64,000 nt of DNA from contig NC_043011.1 in assembly GCF_006345805.1 (NCBI RefSeq), forward strand, positions 12,722,464-12,786,463. The letters run 5' to 3'. Source of the DNA: Octopus sinensis (taxonomy: Eukaryota). Under the pieces are notes generated by a model, which did no database searches, was not told the DNA's origin, and saw only the letters and a program-made list of their open reading frames with translations. Positions 1-16,425 of the stretch are shown here, one piece after another. Position numbers and translations under genes: made by a program. How positions within the stretch are numbered: the stretch's first letter is position 1; each line of letters opens with the position of its first letter.

Positions 1-228
1 TATTAATAATAAAGCAGTCAGCAAGATGATGGCTTGTCACAATGCTTTTGTATCTTTTTATTAAATTCCTTATCACAAAATGTAGTAAGTCAGGAATGGA
101 TCTAAAAATATTTTTCATTATTTCTTTGTAGACAACTTGCAGCTGCTTTGGGCCAAATATCAGCCATATCAAAAAGTAATTGTATCTTATTATCCAATAT
201 TATAGGAGACTGGAATAAAATTTGAGGA

Positions 229-395
229 AGGCGCAGGGGTGGCTGTGCGGTAAGTAGCTTGCTTGCCAACCACATGGTTCTGGGTTCAATCCCACTGCGT
301 GGCACCTTGGGAAAGTGTCTTCTACTATAGCCTCGGGCTGACCAAAGCCTTGTGAGTAGATTTGGTAGACAGAAACTGAAAGAAGCCTGTTGTAT
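229..395 (+). mobile_element. SINE family A (tRNA-headed), 5' half
   Basis: aggcgcaggggtggctgtgcggtaag...gggttcaatccc (Pol III A/B-box-like)...gaaactgaaagaagcc, shared with >10 copies in the window; the 3' half is displaced to 3718-3933. Confidence 0.85.
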
Positions 396-619
396 ATATG
401 TATATATATATATATAAGTTTAACAATTGAGGATAACCTCTTAATAAGGAATCTTAACAAGAAATTATCGGGTAGTTAGCGTGAAAACCTCATAAAAGAA
501 AAGAATTCGAAAATAATTTTTTTCCTTTGAACAAATTAATTATATCTATATTGTATAGAGGGCATTATTACACATAAATGCCTCACACTAAGAGGGACAA
601 AGTCATTACTACCAAATAT

Positions 620-3717
<3,098 letters not shown>

Positions 3718-3933
3718 GTGTGTGTATATGTTTGTGTGTCTGTGTTTGTCCTCCCAACATCGCTTGACAACCGATGCTGGTGTGTTTATGTCCCCGTCAC
3801 TTAGCGGTTCGGCAAAAGAGACCAATAGTATAAGTACTAGGCCTACAAAGAATAAGTCCTGGGGTTGATTTGCTCGACTAAAGGCGGTGCTCCAGCATGG
3901 TCACAGTCAAATGACTGAAACAACTAAAAGAGT
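3718..3933 (+). mobile_element. SINE family A, 3' half
   Basis: gtctgtgtttgtcc...gacaaccgatgctggtgtg...ggcggtgctccagcatgg...aaatgactgaaac. Confidence 0.85.
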
Positions 3934-4369
3934 AATCCAAATGTACATTTTGTAAGATAAGTTGAGATAAAATGCATTTCTTTTTGCTTCCCGACCCCAA
4001 CCAAGTTAAACTTGAATAGCTTGTAAATATAGCCGGTACATTTTAGGTGAGGACTCAAATGAATCTTGGACAGGTTCAAGCTATCAGTTATGATAGCTAC
4101 TCTGATTAATTAGCAGGGGTCAAAAAATGAAAACTTAGGTGAAAAAAATATACTTGTCAGAACTCTCAGCCCATAACAACTTAATATCATTCAGACCACA
4201 TTTTCAGTGCATATCCTGACACCTATATTTGGCTTTCTGAGAATAAATAATCTCCTCTTTTTTTTTTTTTTTTTTTCCAAATTGGGAAAACAATCTTTCT
4301 TTATGATCTTGCTGCTATGCAGGTTGCTTGTCTAAATATGCTCTAAAACTCCTATCAAAAAGAGAAGGC

Positions 4370-4692
4370 TTACATGTATGTACACATGTATGTATGTATA
4401 CATACTTACGCACACATACATTGCATGCATACATACACACTAGACATACATAATTATACATACAAACAAACATATATACATACATGCATGCATGCATACA
4501 TACATACATACATACAAACATACAAACATACATACATATACACATACATGCATACATACAAACAAACATACATACATACATGCATGCATGCATACATAAA
4601 TACAATCATACATACATACATACATACAAACATACATACAAACATACATGCATGCATGCATGCATACATACATACATACATACATACATACA

Positions 4693-4723
<31 letters not shown>

Positions 4724-4890
4724 TACATACATATATGCATGCATACATACATACATACATACATACATACAAACATACATACATACATACATACATACAT
4801 ACATACAAACATACATACATGTATTCATACATACAAGCAAATATACATATATACATACAGACAGACAGACATACTGACAGACAGACAGAG
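4370..4890. repeat. (TACA)n/(CATG) tetranucleotide microsatellite
   Basis: Direct reading of the repeat. Confidence 0.95.
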
Positions 4891-5305
4891 AAAAGAAAAA
4901 GAAAGCCTTTATGACCTTATGAGAAATTTGTAGATGCTACATCCAGACTTGCTATAACTTTAGATTTCTATAAATGATTAGTGGGGTACTTAGTTATGTA
5001 ACTAATTGGCACATTACCAATTATAAAATCTCTCACAAAACCAAAAAGAAGGCTAGGGTTAGGGGTAGAAATTACAGTTACCTGCCATTAATGGAATTGT
5101 GAAAAATATGTGAAACATTCCAGGAGTTTAGTCTGTAGTATGTACACATACCAAATACGTAACTCTACACAAATACATGAACTGATACATAGATACAAAC
5201 ACATACATGCATGCACACATACATAAATACATACATACATACATACATACATACATACATACATGCATGCATGCATGCACACATACATACATACATACAT
5301 ACATA

Positions 5306-5613
5306 GTGGAGGCACATGACCCAGTGGTTAGAGCAGCGGACTTGCGGTTGAGGAATCGTGGGTTTGAATCTCAGACCGGGCGATGTGTGTGTTTATGAGT
5401 GAAACACTTAAGCTCCACGCAGTTACGGCAGAAGGTAATGGCGAAACTTCTGCTGACTCTTTCGCCACAACTTTCTCTCACTCTTTCCTCCTGCATCTTG
5501 CAGCTCACCTGCGATGGACCAGCGTCCCGTCCAGATGGGGAACCTATATGCCATGAAGCCGGGAAACCGGCCCTTATGAGCCAGGCATGGCTCAAGAAGG
5601 AACAACCACCACC
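5306..5613 (+). mobile_element. SINE family B (tRNA-headed, ~305 bp)
   Basis: gtggaggcacatgacccagtgg...gggtttgaatc...cccttatgagccaggcatggctcaagaaggaac; same as the copies at 43745, 46514 and 52134. Confidence 0.85.
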
Positions 5614-5689
5614 ACGTACATACATACATGTAGAAGCTACTTAAAGATACTGCAAACTCTTCTTTTGATGGTAACTATTGCTATTGCAA

Positions 5690-6260
5690 TATTGGGAACC
5701 TTTTTGTATCATCAGTAGGCGTCTTAAACTCGTTTTGCCCCACAGCCTATATGCTTTACATTCACTTACTGAAGTCTTACGTCTGCAACCTCTTGGTAAC
5801 CACAACTTCCATTGTTGGCCTCATCTGACATGCATGTTTCCCAGTTGGCTTCCGTCAACATTTGAGAAATGTCAAGTCTGTCCTCCCAGAGTATTGTGAA
5901 TACAGCCATAATGACCATTTTCATAAAAGAAATATGTCTGATCAGAGCAATTCTATCAACACCTTCCCTAAAAAGATGAGTCTGTCTTTTAGATCCACTT
6001 GCCTATTCCACTCAGCAGCCTGATGCAAAATGAACAATGAGTTCCCACAGCTATTTTTGCCTTAGGTACCTTATCACCTATTATGAATTTGATAGCTTTT
6101 GGTGGGTGAGGCTTTTTGGTAACTTGTTGGGTTAGCTCTATGCAGGTCCAGCCACTTAGTAATTTCTGTAAGGACTATTTGTATCAGCCTCTCCCAGGGA
6201 ATTCCAGTCAAAATGTGGTGCAAGGTGTAGAGAGCTGCTCCACACTCTTTGTTGATACAT
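5690..6260 (-). mobile_element. Degraded non-LTR retrotransposon C-terminus with restriction-like endonuclease (Hero/NeSL-like)
   Basis: Broken translation KECGAALYTLHHILTG (CCHC knuckle-like), WNRQVDLKDRLIF and IMAVFTILWEDRLD, resembling the REL motif ELTVPWE; family inferred from memory. Confidence 0.55.
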
Positions 6261-6525
6261 GCATAGAAACTTGCATGTTTACATATATGATAGAAGCATG
6301 CATACATACACACACAAACATACATACATTCACAAGCACACACACACACAGTCATTCACACACATGATGTGAATAGACATATTCTTGACATGGTTGATTG
6401 AGATTCCAATTAATGTTATCCCCAATATTATGGCCACAACTGTTAGATATGTTGTATAACTGGTCGTTCTGATTATATATTAAAGAAACCTTTTCCTCAA
6501 GACTCATCTCAAACTTGAATATGGC

Positions 6526-6915
6526 ATGTATCAATTTGCTATAAACGATATGGCTGATAATAACATCAACAAAACTGCAGATAAACCAAAGAGAAACAAT
6601 ATTGGAAAAGGTAAACAAAATTCTGTTAGATGTAGTCACAGTAGAAACCAGAACTATAAAGTATATTTTTCTTGGAGTTATGAACCCAATAATGCTTATG
6701 TAATTGCAAAAAAGAAACGTCCCTCAGTGAATTACATGAACAGAGTGAAAGTATACAGAAACATATTTCACACAAAGCTAAATTATTTCACAACAAAGCA
6801 ATTACACCAACAAGCAACATTTGTTGAACGCAAGCAAAGAATTGCTGATTATAATTTTATTCCCCGCAGAGTGAACAGTGCACAAATAACAGAAATTAAC
6901 ATGTTTCTCAAATAA
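6526..6915 (+). mobile_element. Possible degraded N-terminal region of an R4/Dong-like non-LTR element
   Basis: SWSYEPNNAYV...PSVNYMNRV...TTKQLHQQ weakly resembles the W..EEN...Y..RM...T.Q.L..Q pattern. Confidence 0.25.
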
Positions 6916-7213
6916 ACATGCCAACACCATGTGGAGGCAAAAGACCTGACAGCAACTGTTATGATGTTGATGTGCAGTAAGACTGACCATCCACATCGAA
7001 CTGTCAGAGATTATATGTAGCAACAGCCAATGTAAGTGTATTATGAGCTGGGAGTGTGAGTAATGTAAGCAACTGAAATTTATTCCATTAAAGATTATTT
7101 CACTTTTAAAAGTACATAAGGCAGATCGTTCTTAACTAGTGTTGGTAAGAGATCTATTGAGTTATTTTGACAGTGATATTTAAGCAGAATATATTTACAA
7201 TAATGTCCCTTAA

Positions 7214-7445
7214 AGCGGCAAGCTGCCAGAATCGTTAGCACGCTGGGCGAAATGCATAGCCGTATTTCGTCTGCCGTTACGTGTTCTGGGTTCGAATTCC
7301 ACCGAGATCGACTTTGCCTTTCATCCTTTCAGGGTCGATAAATTAAGTACCAGTTACGCACTGGGGTCGATGTAATCAACTTAATCCGTTCATTTGTCTT
7401 TGTTTGTCCCCTCTATGTTTAGCCCCTTGTGGGTAGTAAAGAAAT
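7214..7445 (+). mobile_element. SINE family C
   Basis: aaagcggcaagctgccagaatcgttagc...tttgcctttcatcctt...taagtaccag...tttagccccttgtgggtagtaaagaaat. Confidence 0.85.
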
Positions 7446-7466
7446 ATATATTTACAATAATGTTCC

Positions 7467-7650
7467 TTGGCAGAAACGTTAGCATGCTGGGCAAAATGCT
7501 TAGCAGTATTTCGTCTGTCTTTATTGTCTGAGTTCAAATTCCGCCAAGGTCTACTTTGCCTTTCATCCTTTCTAGGTCGATAAATTAAGTACCAGTTGTG
7601 TACTGGAGTCAATCTAATTGACTGGCCCCCTCCTCCAAAATTTCGGGCCT
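7467..7650 (+). mobile_element. SINE family C variant, adjacent copy
   Basis: Same head and central domain as 7214-7445, different tail. Confidence 0.75.
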
Positions 7651-7689
7651 TGTGCCTAGAGCAGAGAAGAATGTCCCTTCAATTTTATA

Positions 7690-8150
7690 AATGTGTACTA
7701 TTTATATGGCTTCTCTATATCCAAACGGTCTCTTCAAGACTAAATATGGCTTTAGATTCAAACTGCTTTGATATCCCAACATATCTCTTTGTTATCACGT
7801 ACAAACCACCAAGCATCCATGGTCAAGTATCTATGTATGAGGGAAAAACCATCCTGAGAATTGGGAAGGAGCTTCTCAGATTGTATAGATTTTTATGCTG
7901 AACAAATGCGAAATAGGGATACCCCACTGAGACTATTAACTTTAGATTTATACTTGTAATTATTGAGGTACTTATTGGATCATAAGCTAATACATTCAGA
8001 GTACCAATTTGGGAGTTAGTTACCTTACAATTATTCCAAAATAACACAAAGATATAGTAACCAGTTCGAATTTCGTGAAGAGGAATTTCAATAAATCTCA
8101 AGGCAATCATGCCTAGATATATAAAAATATAAATCACTGAGGTTAATTCC
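7690..8150 (-). mobile_element. Highly degraded LINE reverse transcriptase (CR1/L2-like)
   Basis: AYDPISTSII (cf. NYRPISLTSI), SEKLLPNSQDGF (cf. LL...Q.GF), DIEKPY (cf. DF.KAFD), spread over several frames. Confidence 0.4.
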
Positions 8151-8186
8151 TCCATTTAAAACAATAATTGAGTGTAATATATTTAA

Positions 8187-8588
8187 CTAGTAGTATCGCC
8201 CAGCATTGCTCGGGTTTGTAAGGGAAATAACTATATAAGCATTTTTAGAGATGTAAAGTATAATAGCCATCTCAATATGGCTAACCACAAAGGGGGGGGG
8301 GAGGTGTTACTGTAGCTTTTTACGTTCTGAGATTTAATAATAAATTTTTAGAGAGTTACTTCCCTTATATATGCCAAAAATGCATTAAAAATGAGAAAAA
8401 TTGATGGTAAATTTTTTTTAAAATTGTAGACTCATCGTAGACGCGCACTAATACCCAGAAGGGCTCGATATGAATCACGAATATAAGATACCCGGTTTTG
8501 GTTAAACTGCACCGCAAAATGTGGGAGTAGTTAGGAATCTAAATCGTAGGAGACAGACAGCACACAACTTCTCTTTTATATATAAAGA
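8187..8588 (-). mobile_element. Non-autonomous Helitron
   Basis: On the minus strand: A|TCTTTATATATAAAA ... subterminal hairpin cccgagcaatgctggg ... CTAG|T (5' TC, 3' CTRR, inserted between A and T, no TSD). Confidence 0.75.
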
Positions 8589-8799
8589 TGTAAGAGATGT
8601 CAAATATCTAATTAGAAATACTTATGTAGTTGGGAAATGATAGCTCAATGACTAATATTCTTGCATTGCTTTTGGTGAAGACAGAAGACAAGTTCCAAAC
8701 ATAATGCAATCTCATTACACTGTTTCAGCAAAACATAGTCTTTGCCATGATTGTGAAAGTAGAGGTGAAAGAAGAATTGCAGAAAAAGAGACATATATT

Positions 8800-9140
8800 T
8801 AGGGCACGTAAAGAGACATGTATTTAGGGCACGTAAAAGGGCACCATTTGAGCGTGATCGTTACCAACGTCGCTTCACTGGCACCTGTCCCAGTGGCACT
8901 TGTAAAAAGATTCGAGTGAGGTCGTTGCCTGTACCGCCTGACTGGCCCCCGTGTACGGTAGCACGTAAAAAGCACCCACTACACTCTCGGAGTGGTTGGC
9001 GTTAGGAAGTGCATCCTGCTGTAGAAACTCTGCCAGATCAAGATTGGAGCCTGGTGCAGCCATCTGGTTCGTCAGCCCTCAGTCAAAATCGTCCAACCCA
9101 TGCTAGCATGGAAAGCGGACGTTAAACGATGATGATGATG
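8800..9140 (+). mobile_element. 5'-truncated RTE 3' UTR (family D)
   Basis: ggcacgtaaaaagcacc motifs; ends ccaacccatgctagcatggaaagcggacgttaaac(gat)n. Confidence 0.8.
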
Positions 9141-9347
9141 ATATATTGATGGAGCATTCCCTTCAAAACTTCAACTATAGACAAACACAACAGACTTGAT
9201 ATAATTACTTGAGAGAGAAAACAGAATTACATAATGTTGTGGAGTTTGGATGACCAATGGATTTGAACATTTCACTCAAAATCAAGAAAGAAAATGATTC
9301 AGAGTCAGCTGCTTTAAAATCTGTACACTTCTCTAATCAGTTTATAA

Positions 9348-9670
9348 GGATGTGTGGTTAAGAAGTTTGCTTCCCAACCACATTGTCCTGCATTCAGTCC
9401 CACTGTACAGCACCTCAGGTAAATGTCTTCTGCTTTTTCTCTGGCCAATCAAAGCCTTGTTAGTGGATTTGGTAGAAGGAAACTGAAAGAAGCCAGTCAT
9501 CATATAGATCTATGAAAAACATATCTAGTTATGGGAAAATATTATCTTGCTTGGAAACAGGTAATGATTGGTGACAGGAGTGGTAACTGGTTATAGAAAA
9601 TCTGCTTCAATAAATTCCATCTAACGAATGCATATATGGGCAAGTTGATATTAAACAAAGATGATGGTAA
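9348..9670 (+). mobile_element. Old SINE with family A head and an RTE-type tail
   Basis: Degenerate A head, followed by a tail shared with 50076-50510. Confidence 0.6.
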
Positions 9671-10847
9671 TTTGTACCTGTAATTATAGGCATTGGTTGG
9701 TTGCATTACACAGTGTCTAAATAACAGTCTGTGGTTCACAAGTGCAGAAAATGATACTTTCACTCATACTTGGAAAATTTTTGATTTTTAATAACAGAAT
9801 ATGCCAGACTTTTCTAAAATTGAACGTGCGATTCTTTACTGATGTTGTTATCTAAATTTTAATGGTGGAGATTTGTTTCTTTGTTAGAGCAATTCAAAAG
9901 AATTAGAAAGAAAAGTAACATACCTACATGCAAACAAATACATACATGTAAAGATATATATATAAATACATACACATGCATATGCACACACATACAGACA
10001 TACATGCATGTATATATACAGATACAATCACACATATATACACCATACACACACAGAGACACTCTGATATACTAATGCACAGAAATGTCTGGCATTGTCT
10101 AAAGTCATATGAGAGAAAATTTTCACTTTGTGAAAATATTCACCTGGCTTTCATTGTGTTTCAAAGGAAGAATAAAATTTAGCAATATAACTACAAACCA
10201 TACAGATATGTACAAACTAACACTGTACCTCCTTTTCTATGGCGGACATTACATTATAATCAGCAGTTGCTTCATGTATTATATTCTTATACTACATGAT
10301 GTTCTAATGAAAACAATACACAGTTCCGTCTGTGGGAATGATTGCCTTGGGAATAAATATAAACAATGCAGCTGATTAGAGAATACTCACACCTACATAA
10401 AAGATATTGATAGGACATTCCAATCTAAGTTCCCTCCAAATTCCAACATAACAAAACCATTTAAAGCCAGAAAAAAAGCACAATATTGTTGCAGAACTTA
10501 GTTGACTATCAGATGTGAATGTCTCATGAAAAGTTAGTGAAAAGGAGTCTATTTACAAATAGTTGTCTCAAAACTGTACAACTTCTATATCTTCATAATA
10601 GTTTTCTGTTTGTAAGTTGGTTATATTAATAAATAATTCCGTAATGCTCTTGGACAATTAGGATATTTAGTAAAATTTAAAATAATCAAAAAAAAGTGCT
10701 TATCAGGACGTTTGTAAAACTCAATGTGTTCAGAGAATAGTAAAATATCTTTTCAAAGTTCTTTAGTGTCATTTAAATATCACATAGCTGCAACCAGTTT
10801 CTTCCTTTTAAGGACTAAAAAGTGTGGACATATACATAGACATATAA

Positions 10848-10879
<32 letters not shown>

Positions 10880-10882
<3 letters not shown>

Positions 10883-11060
10883 GGAGAGTTTACAAAAAAA
10901 ACAAAAAACGAAGACAGGTGGTGTACAAAACAAACCGATGTATTAGTATAATGCTCAGGAATAGAAAAAGTCTTTTACATTTCGAGCCTATGCTCTTCTA
11001 CAGAAAGGGACACAGAAAAAACAAGGAGAGAAAAAATATGTGTATTGGCTAACGATCTAT
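10880..11060 (-). mobile_element. Penelope-like pLTR fragment in (TA)n
   Basis: Contains a minimal hammerhead motif (10972-11007); flanked by TA repeats. Confidence 0.55.
10972..11007 (-). ncRNA. Degenerate minimal type I hammerhead ribozyme motif
   Basis: CTTT-CTGTAGA-A-GAGC(ATAG)GCTC-GAAA-TG-TA-AAAG; stems I and II pair; core A6 is U. Confidence 0.55.
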
Positions 11061-11589
11061 CATGTATATATATATATGAATACACAAATATGCCCATATA
11101 TAAATACAGGTATATGTATACAAATTAATACAGACATACATATATAAATACAAGAATATATATAGATATGATGCTTGTGTGTATCTTCATTGTCATTTTA
11201 ACATCTACTTTTTCATGCTTGCATGGGTCAGACAGAATTTATTAAGGCAGATATTCCATGAGTGGATGCCCTTTTTGCTGCTAACCCTCACCTATTTCTG
11301 AGCTAGAGAATATTTTCCTATGGCCAGAAATATTTTCCTTGAGAACTAGAAGCAAATCATACCACTTGTATTACAGTGACGCTTGCTTACAGACAATAGC
11401 ATATAAACACCCCTTACACACACACACATGTGCTTGCACGTACACGCGCACACACACACACACAAACGGGTTTCAGTTTCTGTCCACCAAATCCACTCGC
11501 AAGACTTTGGTCAATCCAGGGCAATAATAGAAGACACTTGTCCACATGCACCAGGAGTAAACACAAAAGTATGTGTTGATATCATCATC

Positions 11590-11690
11590 ACCATCATCGT
11601 TTGATGTCCGGTTTCCATGCTAGCATGGTTTGGATGATTTGACTGAGGACTGGCAAACCAGATGGCTGCACCAGGCTCCAATCTGATCAT
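11590..11690 (-). mobile_element. RTE 3' end fragment (family D)
   Basis: catcatcgtttgatgtccggtttccatgctagcatgg... Confidence 0.7.
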
Positions 11691-12123
11691 ATATATATAT
11701 TAATCAATAAAATTCCAACTTTTGGAACTTGTCTGATTTTCATGTTTTATTATTTGCAATTTTACAATCTTATTATATTGGAATAAACTAGTACTTTCAT
11801 GTGTTATGCAATCATCAGGTTTATGTAGTGACACTTGTATACACACACAAACACACACACACACACACGTATATTTTTTTCTTTTCTTTTACTTGTTACA
11901 ACCATTGGACCATGGCTATATTAGATCACCACTTTGAGCAAATCAACATTTGTACTTACTTTCAAATCTGGTCCTTATTCTTTCGTTCGTTGAATCATAA
12001 GGGGATTTAGACAGAAATCAACCAACAATCTAATATTTTGCTAATCTCTAAACACACTGAGTTTTACAGAAGTCCTGATAGGCACTTGATTATTTTAAAT
12101 TTCACAAAAAATCCTAACATTGC

Positions 12124-12202
<79 letters not shown>

Positions 12203-12207
<5 letters not shown>

Positions 12208-12465
12208 GCAATGGCCCAGTGGTTAAGGCAGCAGTCTCACAGTCATAGAATCGCGGTTTCGATTCCCAGACCAGGCGTTGTGAGTGTTTATTGAGCGAAA
12301 AACACCTAAAGCTTGAGGAGGACTCCGGCAGGGGGTGGTGGCGATCCTTGCTGTACTCTTTCGCCACAACCTTCTCTCGCTCTTTCTTCTGTTGGCCTGC
12401 TCGCTTAGCCAGCTGGGTGGCGTCGTTTGGAAGCTAAAAAACAACGCAAAGCGCATTGTGACCCC
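12203..12465 (+). mobile_element. SINE related to family B with a different tail
   Basis: tggcccagtgg A box, gtttcgattc B box, ctctttcgccacaac shared with family B; preceded by (TA)n(GA)n. Confidence 0.75.
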
Positions 12466-12775
12466 TTCATAATGACCAATCAATATAATTGACCATTGTC
12501 CACAAGAAATTTTAGGCGCGAACCCAAGCAAATATTAAACAACTCTGGAGCCTCTTTTTTCACATATAAGAGAGAGCAAACCCAACATAAAGTCAGATAA
12601 GAAGAAAAAAATCTATCAGAAAGGAACTCTAATCTTTTGATAAGCATAACAAATGCGCAACCGGTAAAAAGAACTATCACCTAATTAAATTACTTAAATT
12701 ACTTAAATTATTTTGTCAGCATTTTCTTCATTTCCTTTTTTATATATCACAACTCGTGTTCCACATCTCCTTTTT

Positions 12776-12822
<47 letters not shown>

Positions 12823-12829
12823 TCTTTTA

Positions 12830-12982
12830 TTTTTTTCAATCATTTAACTGCAGCCAGGACTTATTCTTTGTAAGCCTAGTACTTATTCTATCAGTCTCTT
12901 TTTGCCAAACCACTAAGTTACAGTGATGTAAACACACCAACATTGGCTGTCAAGCAATGGGGCAGGGACAAACACAGACACA

Positions 12983-13030
<48 letters not shown>

Positions 13031-13215
13031 CAAACACACAAACACACACACACACGGGCTTCTTTCAGCTTCCATCTACCAAATCCACTCACAAGGCTTT
13101 GATCACCCTGAGACTATAGTAGAAGACACTTGCCCAAGGTGCCACACAGTGGAACTGAAACTAGAGCCATGTGTTTGGTAAGCAACCTACTCAACACACA
13201 GTCATGCCTGCACAT
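12830..13215 (-). mobile_element. SINE family A
   Basis: Reverse complement of head-(TG)n linker-tail. Confidence 0.8.
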
Positions 13216-13240
13216 ATATATATATTATATATAATGCACC

Positions 13241-13294
<54 letters not shown>

Positions 13295-13794
13295 TAATAT
13301 ATTAGGTTGTCAAGTATGAAATTTGTAGAGAAGAAAAAAGTTTGCCAATATTTTTAAATGCAAGGAATAGTTTTATTCATCAAAATATGCACCCATATTG
13401 TCAAAACACTTTTGTCATTTTAGTGGTAGCTTGTCCAGCCCAGAATTGTAAAAGCCTGGCAATATATGTGGTCAGGAAGTTTGCTTTGCAACCACATGGT
13501 TTTGGGTTCAGTCTCACTATGCAGCACTTTGAGCAAGTGTCTTCTAGCATAGCCCTAGGCTATGCTACCTTGTAAGTGAATTTTGTTGATGGAAACTGTG
13601 TGGAGGCCCATTATATATATTAAATCGTCAAGTATGAAATTTGTAGTAAGATAAACTTTGTACTACAAATTTGTTGAAATTTGTAGTAAGATAAACTTTG
13701 ACAGCTGCTCATTTTGCATCATTATTATTATTTTTTGACCATCTTTATTTTCTGTTAGAAAGCTGACACATCTATTTCTTTATTCTAACTCATT

Positions 13795-14035
13795 TTGCAC
13801 TGCTTGACTGACCAGTTTATAGAGCACCTCTGAGACATCAGACTTAGCAATGACACCCAGGTCTTGTGCCATTTCCGCTCTGCCGGTCATTTGCTACAAC
13901 ATCTGTTTGTGTTCGGACTGTCTTTGCACAGGGGCCATCCGGATTCACGCCTTCACTGTGAACAGGTATTTATCTTCTCACTTCATTCCCTTGCACCACA
14001 TGGGCTCAACTCACCTCTGCTCTTCAGCTGACACC
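13795..14035 (+). mobile_element. Penelope-like GIY-YIG endonuclease C-terminal relic
   Basis: FIEHL*DIRLSNDTQVLCHFRSAGH...CEQVFIFSLHSLAPHGLN matches the PLE pattern F.EHL.DIR....PVA.HF....H...EQ..IF.L..L.P.GLN. Confidence 0.7.
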
Positions 14036-14189
14036 AAGATCACCTCCTCTCTTCATTTGATACAAACCTCATATATATATATACACATACACACACACAC
14101 ACACACATATACTAGGCTTACAAAGAATAAGTCCTGGCTGCAGTTAAATGATTGAAACAAATAAAAGAATAAATATATATATATATATA

Positions 14190-14545
14190 GGTGCAGGCAT
14201 GGTTGTGTGGTAGGAAGCTTGCTTCCCAACTGCATGGTTCCAGGTTCAGTCCTACTGCATAGCATCTTGGGCAAGTGTCTTCTTGTGAGTGAATTTGGTA
14301 AATGGAAACCGAATGAAGCTCATACTATATATGTATGTATACATATATACATATGTGTGTGTGTGGGTGTGTGTGTGTGTGTTTGTCTCCCCCACACCAC
14401 TTGACAACCAGTGTTGCTGTATTTATGTCCCGATAACATAGCAGTTCAGCAAAAGAGTGTGATGGAATAACTACCAGGCTTTAAAAAATAAGCACTGGGG
14501 TTGATACATTTGACTAGAGCAAGGTGGTGCCTCAGCATGGGACAC
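14190..14545 (+). mobile_element. SINE family A (diverged)
   Basis: Head, (TA)(TG) linker and tail. Confidence 0.8.
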
Positions 14546-14579
14546 ATATATATAAAAGATAGATATAAAATATGTAGCT

Positions 14580-14863
14580 GATGCCAGTGCCACCTGACTG
14601 GTACCCATGCTAGTGGCACATAAAAAGCACCTTATGAGCATGGCCAATGCCAGTGCCAGCTCACTGGCTCCTGTACCAGTGGCACATAAAAAGTGCCCAC
14701 TACACTCTTGGAGTGGTTGGCATTTGGAAGGGCATCCAGCTGTAGAGACCTTGCCAAATCAGATTGGAGCCTGGTGCAGCCTCCTGGTTTGCCAGTTCTC
14801 AATCAAACTGTCTAACTCTTGCTAGCATGGAAAGCAGACGTTAAATGACAATGATGATGATGA

Positions 14864-14866
<3 letters not shown>
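14580..14866 (+). mobile_element. RTE 3' UTR (family D)
   Basis: ...ggaagggcatccagctgtagag...gctagcatggaaagcagacgttaaatgac(aat/gat)n. Confidence 0.8.
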
Positions 14867-14904
<38 letters not shown>

Positions 14905-15364
14905 AAAATGTTTTTTAGCTAATTCTGGAAGAAAATCGGCAATTTATTTATTTAGTGCTGATTGAGTTGCGCATCTGCGTGGTAAATTCGAAAAATTAGC
15001 ACCAAAACTATAACCATATCATACTTCAAAGCAATCACTGTTATCATGAAACCCCTAGGATTTTATGATCCTTCATCTAGAAAATAGCTTAAGAAGGACT
15101 CCCTAACACTGGATTCCTCAGTTTGCTCCACTCACCTGCTCAGGTCAAACCTCGAGCAAAGCAGCATAGGAATATCTACCCTGGATGAATTTGTACTGCA
15201 ACAGAAACAACCAAATAGACATAAATGCTGCATGAAAGGACATTAGGACACCTATGCAGCAGGAATATGTGTCAGATTGGAATCTAATGTGAATTTAATG
15301 AGATTGATATTGTAATAGACATAGTTTGAAGATGTATAATTCTACGTTCTTCTTTATGATGTCT

Positions 15365-15688
15365 TCATATATATAGATACATATATATATTATTGTTTTG
15401 TTATTTAATCCTAAAAAATACATATATATATGTATATATATGTGTATATATATACATATATGTGTGTGTATATATATAATATTTATATTATTATATACAT
15501 ATACATACATATATATACATATCATATACATACACACATATATATATATATATATAATATTTATATTATTATATACATATACATACATATATTTACATAT
15601 CATATACATACATATATATATACATATATATGTATGTATATATTTAAATAAAATATATATATGTATATATATAAATAATGTATATATA

Positions 15689-15768
<80 letters not shown>

Positions 15769-15775
15769 TGCATAT
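15365..15775. repeat. Complex TA/TACA/TG microsatellite
   Basis: Direct reading; includes an internal ~80-bp duplication. Confidence 0.9.
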
Positions 15776-16113
15776 ATGGGTACAGGATGTTACCAACTAT
15801 GTAAACAATGTGAAATATGAAAGCAAACGAGTTAAATATGCAAACAACGAGAACAAAATAATTGCAAACAGGACAAGTAAACACAGAGAAACGACCCTTC
15901 ATCAGTTTTTGGTTGCCTATCTACTCCTCATTTCGAGCATTCAATGACAATATGAGTCTTGAAAGACAGTTGCTCCCATAAATTCTAAAATAGAATTTGG
16001 GATTTATGGAGGGTCAAAGTTGGGAATGAAAACAAGACACTGGAGACGTACAAGGAAACTAAATGAAAACAAACATTGCAGGTCGTTAGACGAGAACAAG
16101 AGGAAATCTATAT

Positions 16114-16154
<41 letters not shown>

Positions 16155-16366
16155 TATATATATATATGTATATATATGCATGTATGTGTCTGTATATATA
16201 TATATATATATATATTTAGTATATGAATGTATGTGTGTGTGTTTGTATATACATATATATATATCATCATCATCATCATGCTATATATATATATACCGGA
16301 GTAAACACATAAATGTGAAACAAGGTGGAAAGAAAAGTACTCAAATACCAGTGGTAGAGTAATATG

Positions 16367-16425
16367 CTTTATTTTAAGCAGCAGAAAATTCAACAATTGT
16401 TGAATTTTCTGCTGCTTAAAATAAA

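Noticed and set aside
15880-15950. CTGATGA and CGAAA half-motifs on the minus strand, suggesting a hammerhead
   Set aside because: The order and pairing do not give a closed core, because no GAAA follows stem II.
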